The notes below the pieces were generated by a model that was not told the DNA's origin, searched no databases, and was given only the letters and a program-made list of their open reading frames with translations. The position numbers and the translations under genes are program-made. 50,994 bases of DNA from Candidatus Benthicola marisminoris (GTDB lineage: Bacteria > Gemmatimonadota > Gemmatimonadetes > Palauibacterales > Palauibacteraceae): contig JAMJQR010000113.1 in the NCBI GenBank assembly GCA_023554335.1, positions 1 to 50,994 of the forward strand, in the 5' to 3' direction. Below are positions 37,292 through 45,221 of this stretch, one piece after another. The first letter of the stretch is position 1, and the number at the start of each line of letters is the position of its first letter.

Positions 37292-38814
37292 CAAGCCTCC
37301 TCGAGATCCCCGATGCGAGCCCAGTGGATAGCGGTCTCGACGGCTCGGCGCCACCCCTGGACGCCGTCGTTGACCGAATCCGACTTGTCCGTGGCCGGCT
37401 CGAAGACCGCTTCCTCACCACGGGCCGCGAGGAACTCCTCCGGCTCGCTCCAGACGCTTGTGTGCAATCCCGCCAGCCCGGCAGCCCCGAGGGCGGTCAG
37501 CTCTGTGGCCGCCGGCCTGCGCACCGGAACGCCGAGAACGTCGGCCTGGAACTGCATCAACCAGTCGTTCCTGGCCGCCCCGCCATCGGCTCGTAGAGAC
37601 CGGAGCCGGGCGTCCGTTTCGCGGGTCATGGCCGACAGCACGTCTCCCGTGGAGTATGCCATTGCTTCCACCGCCGCGCGCACCAGGTGCTCCCGGCCGG
37701 TGCCACGAGACAGGCCGACGATGGTCCCCCTCACGTCGGGCTCCCACCAGGGAGTCCCGAGTCCGGTCAGCGCCGGAACGAAGTACACTCCGCCGCTGGA
37801 CTCCACGGAACGGGCCATGGCCTCGGATTCGGCAGCGTCTTCCAACAGGCCCAGACCGTCTCGAAGCCACTGGATCGCAGCTCCGGCCACCAGCACGGCA
37901 CCCTCGTACGCGAAGGCGCGGCCGCCGCGCCGGTCGCAAGCGGCAGTGGTCAGCACGCCAGGCACGTCCGCGCCACGCGTCTTTCCTGCGTTGAGGAGAA
38001 GGAATGCACCGGTTCCATAGGTGTTCTTCGCCTCGCCCTCGTCCCAGCAACCCTGCCCGTACAAAGCCGCCTGCTGGTCCCCGGCCACCCCCGCGATCGG
38101 AACTTCCGCCCCGATCAGGTCCGAGCGCGTGCGGCCGAAGTCCCCGGCGGAGGGCCGGATCTCGGGCAGCATCGCCCGCGGAACGCCGAACAGTTCGCAC
38201 AACCAGGGATCCCAATCGCCGTCGTCCAGGGAGTACAGCATGGTCCGCGAGGCATTCGTGTGGTCGGTGGCGTGTACTTCGCCGCCGGTCAGCCGGAAGA
38301 CCACCCAGCTGTCGATCGTGCCGAAGGCTATCTCGCCGGCTCTCGCTCGATCCCGCCAGTCCGGATGCCGATCCAGGAGCCACTCCAGCTTGGTTGCTGA
38401 GAAGTACGGGTCGAGGACGAGCCCGGTTCGACGGCGAATCTCTTCCTCGTGTCCGAGCCTCTTGAGTTCAGCGCACCTCTCGGACGTGCGTCGGTCCTGC
38501 CAGACGATCGCCGGCGCCAGGGCCCGGCCCGTGGACCGGTCCCACACCACGGTCGTCTCTCTCTGATTGGTGATCCCCACCGCGGCGAGTCGCTCGAATG
38601 GGCGCCCGGCGGCCTGAAGACACTCCTCCACCGTTCCCAGAACGGACGTCCAGATCTCCTCCGGATCGTGCTCGACCTGGCCGGGCCGGGGAAAGAACTG
38701 TCGGAACTCCCGGTAGGCCGACCCGAGCAGGGTGCCGGTCCGGTCCATGACGAAGGCGCGGGTGCCGGTCGTGCCCTGATCGATGGCCAGCACCAGGTCG
38801 CGCCGGCCGCTCAT
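37291..38814 (-). CDS. glpK: Glycerol kinase
   Basis: AIDQGTTGTR, GITNQRETT, WQDRRT, DPYFSATK, GDQQAALYGQ, KNTYGTG. Confidence 0.97.
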   Translation of the reverse strand: MSGRRDLVLAIDQGTTGTRAFVMDRTGTLLGSAYREFRQFFPRPGQVEHDPEEIWTSVLGTVEECLQAAGRPFERLAAVGITNQRETTVVWDRSTGRALAPAIVWQDRRTSERCAELKRLGHEEEIRRRTGLVLDPYFSATKLEWLLDRHPDWRDRARAGEIAFGTIDSWVVFRLTGGEVHATDHTNASRTMLYSLDDGDWDPWLCELFGVPRAMLPEIRPSAGDFGRTRSDLIGAEVPIAGVAGDQQAALYGQGCWDEGEAKNTYGTGAFLLLNAGKTRGADVPGVLTTAACDRRGGRAFAYEGAVLVAGAAIQWLRDGLGLLEDAAESEAMARSVESSGGVYFVPALTGLGTPWWEPDVRGTIVGLSRGTGREHLVRAAVEAMAYSTGDVLSAMTRETDARLRSLRADGGAARNDWLMQFQADVLGVPVRRPAATELTALGAAGLAGLHTSVWSEPEEFLAARGEEAVFEPATDKSDSVNDGVQGWRRAVETAIHWARIGDLEEA

Positions 38815-38842
38815 GAGTATGGGCCTGAGTTCGTGATCGGGA

Positions 38843-39427
38843 TCACACGGCCTCCAGATTTCCGAATGCGTATCGCAGGTCGAATCGAGCCAATAGGGAA
38901 ACGAGGAGCTGGACCGGAAGTCCCATCACGTTGAAGTACTCGCCTTCGATCCGCTCCACGAGGGCTGCGCCGAGACCCTGTATCCCGTAAGCCCCCGCCT
39001 TGTCCATAGGTTCGCCGCTGGCAACGTATTCCGCGCATTCGGCCTCAACAAGCGATCGGAACCAGACGCGCGTGACGGCAACATCAGACTCGAGGCGCCG
39101 GGCCGAGCGCAGCGCGATCCCCGTGTGAACGTCGTGTGCGCGGCCCTGGAGCCGCATGAGCATCTTGATCGCATCAGCCTGATCCACCGGTTTCCCGAGG
39201 ATCCCATCCTCGAGCACGACCAGCGTGTCGGCCGCCAGTATCAGCTCGCCGGCGTCGAGCCGGGTCGCCTCGGCCTTTTCCCGGGCCAGGCGGCGCGCCT
39301 CGTGGTCCGCCGGAGCTCCGGGGTGCAGGGTCTCCTCCAGGTCGGGGGGTCGCACTTCATGCTCGAGGCCCAGGAGATCCAGGATCTCACGGCGTCTCGG
39401 CGATCCCGAGGCGAGTACGAGCTTCAA
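38843..39427 (-). CDS. maf: Maf-family nucleoside triphosphate pyrophosphatase (YhdE type)
   Basis: MKLVLASGSPRRRE, AADT, LGKP, DKAGAYGIQG, NVMGLP; TTG 39427 overlaps the dtd stop. Confidence 0.95.
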   Translation of the reverse strand: MKLVLASGSPRRREILDLLGLEHEVRPPDLEETLHPGAPADHEARRLAREKAEATRLDAGELILAADTLVVLEDGILGKPVDQADAIKMLMRLQGRAHDVHTGIALRSARRLESDVAVTRVWFRSLVEAECAEYVASGEPMDKAGAYGIQGLGAALVERIEGEYFNVMGLPVQLLVSLLARFDLRYAFGNLEAV

Positions 39428-39861
39428 CGCTCGACCACCAGCGTGACCGGTCCCTCGTTGACAAGCTCCACGCTCATTCTGGCTCCGAACTCGCCCGTTG
39501 CCACGGGCACGACTCCCGACCGGCACACATCCACGAACTCGTCGTACAGCGCCTCGGCCTCCCCGGGCGGTGCCGCGTCCACGAAAGACGGCCGCCGGCC
39601 ACGTGAAACGTCGCCATACAGCGTGAACTGCGAGACGATCAGCATCTCCCCGCCCGCTTCTCTCACGTCCAGGTTCATCTTCCCGTCCGAATCGGGGAAG
39701 ATCCGAAGTCCCCAGAGCTTCCGCGCCATCCAGTCCAGGGTCTCCCGATCGTCCCCCGCCGCGAAGCCGGCGAGCACCAGCAGGCCCGCCCCGATCTCCC
39801 CGACGGTTCGCCCTTTCACGGACACCGCCGCTCTCGAGACTCGCTGGACCACCACTCTCAT
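39424..39861 (-). CDS. dtd: D-aminoacyl-tRNA deacylase
   Basis: MRVVVQRV, LRIF, SQFTL, NEGPVT. Confidence 0.97.
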   Translation of the reverse strand: MRVVVQRVSRAAVSVKGRTVGEIGAGLLVLAGFAAGDDRETLDWMARKLWGLRIFPDSDGKMNLDVREAGGEMLIVSQFTLYGDVSRGRRPSFVDAAPPGEAEALYDEFVDVCRSGVVPVATGEFGARMSVELVNEGPVTLVVER

Positions 39862-39991
39862 ACCGGTCGCACTCCTGTAACGAGGTAACGCCCGTCTTGG
39901 CACGCTTGAAAGTAATCACCGGCCCGTTGATAACTCTACCTTACCTCGCGATACCGCAATTCACAGCGCCTCGCGCCCACCCAAAACACAT

Positions 39992-40038
39992 TTTTCCACA
40001 TCTTTTCCACGACCCTTCCACAATCATTTTTTTAAAAA
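39992..40038 (+). promoter_or_regulatory. Three phased DnaA-box-like 9-mers plus IHF-like AT tract (candidate oriC element)
   Basis: TTTTCCACA (39992), TTTTCCACG (40003), CCTTCCACA (40014) at 11-bp period; AATCATTTTTTTA at 40022-40034. Confidence 0.4.
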
Positions 40039-40140
40039 CCCTTCTTCAGTTGCACCTACCGCCTGCGTCTATCTGACGGCCGGCCGCCGGGGCTCTTGGC
40101 CGGCGCTCTCGAGTGCGGGGTATGACGAGCGGCGGGATGA

Positions 40141-40447
40141 GCGGACGGGGTAAGCAGCATGCGGAACGGGATGACGAGTCGTCGGAGCTGCGGGTGCTGG
40201 ATGTACTCAGCCCCTGGACGCTCCGAAGAGTCCCAGGGGCTGAGGAAGGATATATTTTCCGCACCGTAGCGTTCTTCTTGGTCGGTTGCGCTCCCCTTCC
40301 AAGAATCGACGAGCCTGGTACCGTTCGTCCGGTCAGCTGTGCGGGTTCTCTCGCTCACGGGGAGCTGAGTCATCCACGCCGAACAACTCGTCGTCGCTCT
40401 TGCGGTGCAGCGGCCTACCGGTCACGCCGGTGCCTCCTCCGCGGCAC
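40141..40447 (-). ncRNA. Candidate large structured RNA of unknown family
   Basis: Consensus-like promoter immediately upstream; nested long-range complementarity; branched inner domain; C(UUCG)G tetraloop on the minus strand. 3' end uncertain. Confidence 0.6.
40333..40425 (-). CDS. Candidate 30-aa small ORF / leader peptide MTGRPLHRKSDDELFGVDDSAPRERENPHS
   Basis: GGAGGAGG 7 nt before GTG at 40425, just downstream of the predicted transcription start; no recognised homology. Confidence 0.4.
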   Translation of the reverse strand: MTGRPLHRKSDDELFGVDDSAPRERENPHS

Positions 40448-40453
40448 GGAATA

Positions 40454-40481
40454 ATTATACAATAATTTTGTTTTCGGTCAA
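40454..40481 (-). promoter_or_regulatory. Near-consensus sigma70 promoter
   Basis: TTGACC-N16-TATAAT with AT-rich spacer and an A/T tract further upstream (40506-40516); predicted +1 near 40447. Confidence 0.7.
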
Positions 40482-40605
40482 CCCCGACTATGCAGCGATC
40501 TGATCTTTTTTTAAAACTTGGGCAATTCCCGCGGACATCCCGCTCCTGATCGCACCGTGCGGATCCCGCATAGGAAAGGCCCATCCGATTGTCAGGGGTG
40601 CTCAC

Positions 40606-42573
40606 TCAATCGGCGAGGAATACGGAGCTTTCCACAGCCAGCCGATCGGCATCCAGGACTCTGCCCTGCTCAGCGAGGAGCCGCAGGGTGCGATTCAGGA
40701 GGGCGTCCGCAGGGAGAGTCGTGGCAAGGCCGGTGGTCGTCCCGACGACGATCAAGGATTCCCGGCAGCGGGAGACCGCTACGTTCAATAGGCGGGGAAA
40801 GTCGGGGTTTCGTCGCTCGTTCAGGAACCAGCTCCCGCCGGGAGGAGCGTCGACGGTGTCCAGAATCACGGCGGTCTTTTCTCTGCCCTGGAAGCGATGG
40901 ATGGTAGCGATCTCGAGGTCCGAGGGCGCGGCTCGCCCGAGTCGTGAGCGAACCTGGCTCCATATCCGGCGCGATTGCAGGCGGTACGGCGTGACAACTC
41001 CCACGTCGTGTACCCCACGGCGAGCGAGGATCTCGAGCAGCTGGATCAGTACCTCGACGTGCGCCGGATTGGCACGCGACCTCTCCGCTCGCTCGACGAT
41101 GGGATCGAGCCCGACGGTATCCACCAGGAGAAGCGGCCGCAGAACGGCCGGCCGGGACGCAACCTCGGGAGCGTCCACCAGGCGTCCGCCGTAGAAGATG
41201 TCGCTGACCAGCTGACGAATCTTGGGCGCCATGCGGTACTGCTCGCTCAACATGGAGCACAGACCGTCCCGTGGATCGGGCAGGTGGCGACCGCCGTCCG
41301 GGTCGATCGACCCGGATTGACGGAAGATGTCCCGGCTGAGCCAGCGCGCCGCGCCCGGTGCCGTGGACATGACCACTGACGGCAGCTGCCGGAAGTCCCC
41401 TACGGCCACGGCCCGCTCGGACGACAGGCAGGCGCCTGCGAAAAGGTACGGGAGAGGAACGGTGCTGGCTTCGTCGACCAGCAGGGAGCGGAACCGAAGC
41501 TTCCACAGGTCGTCGCGAAGCGTGAGACGGGCGAAGGTGGTCAGGACGACATCGGCCCGAGCCAGCACCCTGGCGCCCGCGCGCTGGAATTCGGCAGTCA
41601 GGTGCCCCGCCCGCACCAGGGCCCCGGCCGCTCCCGCCTCGCGGGCACGGGCGAGCACGGTGCCTATTCGCTGCCGGAGTCCCGGCGACCGAGCCCTTGG
41701 GTGCACGATTCCAAGCTCTGCTTCCATCTCGCGCAGGGCCCGGGTCAACTTTCCGGGATCCTTCTCCTCCAGGCGCTGGACCACCGACTCGACGGACAGG
41801 TCCGCGTCCCCGGAAGGGCTGAAGCCGGCGCCCACCCGGACGACGCGGCCATCTGCAGCAGCCTCCGGCCCCATGTGGTCCGCGACCCTGCGGGCTGCCT
41901 CATCGACCGCGACGTTGGTGGTGGCCAGCACGAGCACCCGACCTTCTACCGCCAGCGCGGCCGCTGCCGCCCCGAGCAACCGGGTCTTCCCGGTGCCAGG
42001 CGGCCCCCAGACCAACTGTGTCCGGCTTCCGAGGACCCGCTCCAGGGCCTCCGCCTGACCACGATTGAGCCCCTCCCCGTGCGGTGCCACGGCGGGCCGC
42101 CGGCCGGTCTGAGGAAACTCCAGACCGAACAGGCCCAGAGCCGTATTCGTGTGGTATGCAGAGGGCTCGCCTGCCACGTGGCCAAGGCGGGCGTCGAGGG
42201 CTGAAAGGAGCCAGGTCGGGTCGAACGTGAGCTCTGCCGGACCGGCGAGTCGTCCCAGCCACTCGGTCATGTTGATTCGAATGCCGCGGCTGGCGGGGTC
42301 CCAGCGCGTGACGAATCCGAGGGCGTCCGCGTCCCGGGCCGCAACTCGAACTGCGTCATCAGGCCGGATCACATACCTTCCCGGCGGGAGAGTCCAGTCG
42401 TAAGCGAACCCGACCAGGTCCACGTCGACCTCGTGGCCGCCGGTTGCCTGGACAGGTTGCCCGATGCCCCGCCGACCCAGGTCGTCCTGGATCGCGAGGA
42501 TCTCCTCATCGAGAGCCTGCTCGAAGCACTCCAGGAGATCCGCTAGCGCCGTCGGCTCGGAAGTCGTGTTCAT
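40606..42573 (-). CDS. Superfamily 1B (Upf1/DNA2-like) helicase
   Basis: GLNRGQ, WGPPGTGKT, TNVAVD, LVDEAS, VGDFRQL, QYRM, TIHRFQGREK, LNVAVSR. Confidence 0.92.
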   Translation of the reverse strand: MNTTSEPTALADLLECFEQALDEEILAIQDDLGRRGIGQPVQATGGHEVDVDLVGFAYDWTLPPGRYVIRPDDAVRVAARDADALGFVTRWDPASRGIRINMTEWLGRLAGPAELTFDPTWLLSALDARLGHVAGEPSAYHTNTALGLFGLEFPQTGRRPAVAPHGEGLNRGQAEALERVLGSRTQLVWGPPGTGKTRLLGAAAAALAVEGRVLVLATTNVAVDEAARRVADHMGPEAAADGRVVRVGAGFSPSGDADLSVESVVQRLEEKDPGKLTRALREMEAELGIVHPRARSPGLRQRIGTVLARAREAGAAGALVRAGHLTAEFQRAGARVLARADVVLTTFARLTLRDDLWKLRFRSLLVDEASTVPLPYLFAGACLSSERAVAVGDFRQLPSVVMSTAPGAARWLSRDIFRQSGSIDPDGGRHLPDPRDGLCSMLSEQYRMAPKIRQLVSDIFYGGRLVDAPEVASRPAVLRPLLLVDTVGLDPIVERAERSRANPAHVEVLIQLLEILARRGVHDVGVVTPYRLQSRRIWSQVRSRLGRAAPSDLEIATIHRFQGREKTAVILDTVDAPPGGSWFLNERRNPDFPRLLNVAVSRCRESLIVVGTTTGLATTLPADALLNRTLRLLAEQGRVLDADRLAVESSVFLAD

Positions 42574-42645
42574 GAGCGTCTCAAGGTAGGGGGCGGGGCG
42601 GCGGTTGCCACGGGCATGGGGCGAAGATCACTCGATGGAGGACGC

Positions 42646-44064
42646 GTGAAGGACAGTGACTTCTTGGGCGACGCCGCGCGCGCGGCTCGTTGGATCGAGT
42701 CGTATCGGCGGAGAGTAGCTGCGCTTCCGGTGCTGCCACGCGTCCAGCCGGGCGAGATCGAAGCGCTTCTGCCGGCCGACCCCCCGGACGAGCCCGGGAG
42801 CTTGGCGAGCCTTCTCGCGGAGATGGACGAGATCATCGTCCCCGGACTGACGCACTGGAATCACCCCGGCTTCATGGCCTATTTCTGCAGTTCCACGACC
42901 GATGCCGGGGTCCTCGCGGAGTTCCTGGCCGCGGAGCTGAACCAGAACGCGATGTTGTGGCGTACGTCCCCGGCCGGGACCGAGCTCGAACGCAAGGTGG
43001 TCGACTGGATACGGCGTTTCGTGGTCCTCCCCGAGGCTTTCGAGGGACTGATCCTGGACACCGCCTCCACCAGCTCCTTCACCGCGCTGCTTGCGGCCCG
43101 CGAGCGGGCGGTGCCCGGAGTCCGCCAGTCGGGGCTCTCGGGTCGGGCCGGCCTCGGCCCGTGCACGGTCTACGTCTCTTCCGAAGCACACAGCTCGGTC
43201 CACAAGTCGGCCCTCGCTGCGGGCATGGGTCTGGAGCAGGTCCGATCCATCCCCGTGGACGATGCGCTTCGAATGATCCCGGACGAGCTGGAGCAAGCCC
43301 TGTCGAGGGACCGGGAGGCGGGCGACACGCCGGTCATGGTTTGCGCCACGATCGGCACGACGTCCACTACAGCCGTGGACCCCGTGTCCGAGATCGCCGG
43401 GGTGTGTTCCCGGCACGGCGTCTGGCTGCACGTGGACGCGGCCTACGCAGGTCCCGCGGCATCGCTGCCCGAGAAACGGAAGCTCTTCGACGGCTGGGAA
43501 CGAGCCGACTCGATCGTCCTGAACCCGCACAAATGGATGTCCACTCCAATCGACTGCAGCGTGCTGCTTTATCGGGACGCTGGGGCGATGAGAGAGCCGC
43601 TGTCGCTGACTCCGGAGTACCTGCGTAGCGAGGAAGACGGGACCAACCTCATGGACATCGGGCTGTCCCTGGGAAGGCGCTTTCGAGCGCTGAAGTTGTG
43701 GTTCCAGTTCAGGCTGGAGGGGGCCCAGGCGATGCGTGCGAGACTGCGCAGTCACATCGCACAGGCGGATCGGGTGGCAAAGTGGATCGAGACGGATCCC
43801 AGATTCGAGCTGGTCGCGCCCCACCCCTTCTCGCTCGTCGTCTTTCGGGCGGTCCCGCCGGACGGGATAGAAGGCGACGAATGGAACCGCGGTCTACTGG
43901 AATCGGTAAACCGTCGGGGTCAGGTGTTCCTCTCTCACACCAAGGTCGGGGGGAGGTATGTTATCCGGATCGCCGTCGGTAGCGCCCGTGGAACGGACGA
44001 GGCGGTCCGCGAAGCCTGGCAGGCGCTGCAGGAAGAATACGATCGGCTCGCGGAAGCGTATTGA
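42646..44064 (+). CDS. Group II PLP-dependent decarboxylase, aromatic-L-amino-acid decarboxylase-like
   Basis: PGLTHWNHPGFMAYF, SPAGTELE, EAHSSV, WLHVDAAY, NPHKW, PEYL, LGRRFRALKLW; GTG 42646 after GGAGGA. Confidence 0.92.
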   Translation: MKDSDFLGDAARAARWIESYRRRVAALPVLPRVQPGEIEALLPADPPDEPGSLASLLAEMDEIIVPGLTHWNHPGFMAYFCSSTTDAGVLAEFLAAELNQNAMLWRTSPAGTELERKVVDWIRRFVVLPEAFEGLILDTASTSSFTALLAARERAVPGVRQSGLSGRAGLGPCTVYVSSEAHSSVHKSALAAGMGLEQVRSIPVDDALRMIPDELEQALSRDREAGDTPVMVCATIGTTSTTAVDPVSEIAGVCSRHGVWLHVDAAYAGPAASLPEKRKLFDGWERADSIVLNPHKWMSTPIDCSVLLYRDAGAMREPLSLTPEYLRSEEDGTNLMDIGLSLGRRFRALKLWFQFRLEGAQAMRARLRSHIAQADRVAKWIETDPRFELVAPHPFSLVVFRAVPPDGIEGDEWNRGLLESVNRRGQVFLSHTKVGGRYVIRIAVGSARGTDEAVREAWQALQEEYDRLAEAY

Positions 44065-44086
44065 AATCGGAATGGGAGACGAAGCA

Positions 44087-44545
44087 ATGATGGAAGTCGG
44101 AGACATGGCGCCGGATTTCGAGCTTCCGGCGGACAACGGGGACATGGTGCGACTCGCGGACCTCCGGGGCACCCGGGTGATCCTATACTTCTATCCCAAG
44201 GATGATACGAGCGGCTGCACCAAGCAGGCGTGCGGCTTCCGGGACGCCATGCCGGCGATTCGGGAGCGGGACGCCGTCCTGCTCGGCATCAGCCCCGATC
44301 CCGTGCGATCCCACGAGAAGTTCCGCGACAAGTATGAGCTCAACTTCCCGCTGCTGGCGGACGAGGACCATTCCGTGGCCCTGGCCTACGGCGCGTGGGG
44401 AAAGAAGAAGCTCTACGGCCGCGAGTACGAGGGCATCCTGCGGTCGACCTTCGTGATCGACGCGGACGGGAGAGTCGAGAAGGTATTTCGCAGGGTTCGC
44501 CCGGCGGAGAGCGCCGCGCAGGTTCTCGCCGAGCTCGGCGCGTGA
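44087..44545 (+). CDS. bcp: Thioredoxin-dependent peroxiredoxin Bcp/PrxQ
   Basis: FYPKDDTSGCTKQACGFRD, GISPD, RSTFVID. Confidence 0.96.
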   Translation: MMEVGDMAPDFELPADNGDMVRLADLRGTRVILYFYPKDDTSGCTKQACGFRDAMPAIRERDAVLLGISPDPVRSHEKFRDKYELNFPLLADEDHSVALAYGAWGKKKLYGREYEGILRSTFVIDADGRVEKVFRRVRPAESAAQVLAELGA

Positions 44546-45219
44546 GGGGCGGCCGGAGCGGGCCTCGGACCCTGGCAATACTCCTCGGCGCCATCTTCGC
44601 GGTGCACCCGGGCGTTGCAGACGCCCAGGAACCGGCCGTGGTCCCTGCCGAACAGGCGGTGATCCTCGAGCGGGCCGATCGCGCTCGCGCGAAGGGGGAT
44701 CCAGATGCGCCGATCCGTATCGTCGAGATCTCGGATTTCGAGTGCCCGTTCTGCGCCCGTTTCTTCGAGGAGTCGTACCGGGCCATCGACAGCATCTACG
44801 TCCAGTCCGGATTGGCGCGCTACGTGTGGATCTCGTTCCCCAACTCCACGCACCCCCGGGCGTGGCCGGCGATCGAGGCGGCGTTCTGCGCGGGTGCGGC
44901 CGGACGGTTCTGGGCCATGCACGACTTGCTGTTCGAGCGACGCGAGGAGTGGAGCGAGGCGGAGGATCTGAACACTTTGTTCGAATCCTGGGCGCCCGAC
45001 GCCGGTGTGGAAGCCGAGTCGTTTGCGGCCTGCCTGCGCAACGATCAGACAGCGCCGCTCCAGGTGAGGGACTACGAGTCGGCCATCACGGCCGGCGTGG
45101 CGAGCACCCCCTTCTTCGTGGTCGGAGACAGCGTGGCCATCCGCGGGGCGGTTCCGTTGGAGACGTTTCGCTCGGCTATAGACAGCGTGCTGGTCCTCAG
45201 GGGACACGAAGCGCCGTGA
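44542..45219 (+). CDS. Exported DsbA/BdbD-like thioredoxin-fold protein
   Basis: Signal peptide (..VADA-QE), KGDPDAPIRIVEISDFECPFC, FWAMHDLLF, GVASTPFF; GTG overlaps the bcp stop. Confidence 0.92.
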   Translation: MRGGRSGPRTLAILLGAIFAVHPGVADAQEPAVVPAEQAVILERADRARAKGDPDAPIRIVEISDFECPFCARFFEESYRAIDSIYVQSGLARYVWISFPNSTHPRAWPAIEAAFCAGAAGRFWAMHDLLFERREEWSEAEDLNTLFESWAPDAGVEAESFAACLRNDQTAPLQVRDYESAITAGVASTPFFVVGDSVAIRGAVPLETFRSAIDSVLVLRGHEAP

Positions 45220-45221
45220 GC

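Noticed and set aside
40141-40447. Identification of the structured RNA as tmRNA, RNase P, SRP RNA or a T-box leader
   Set aside because: No GGUUCGA T-arm or CCA end, no GAGGAAAGUCC, no CAGG-stem-GNRA-stem-AGCAG core, and no UGGNACC T-box bulge. An AGAGA...GCUGA pair at 40351-40333 is only faintly Stem-I-like.
40443-40471. dif site
   Set aside because: AT-rich with ATAA-N6 spacing, but no XerD arm (TTATGTTAAAT); better explained as a promoter.
40046-40605. Track ORFs 40056-40373, 40046-40264, 40113-40454 and full-length 40333-40605 as proteins
   Set aside because: No motifs or convincing SD, and 40333-40605 runs through the AT-rich promoter; only its last 30 codons have a credible start.
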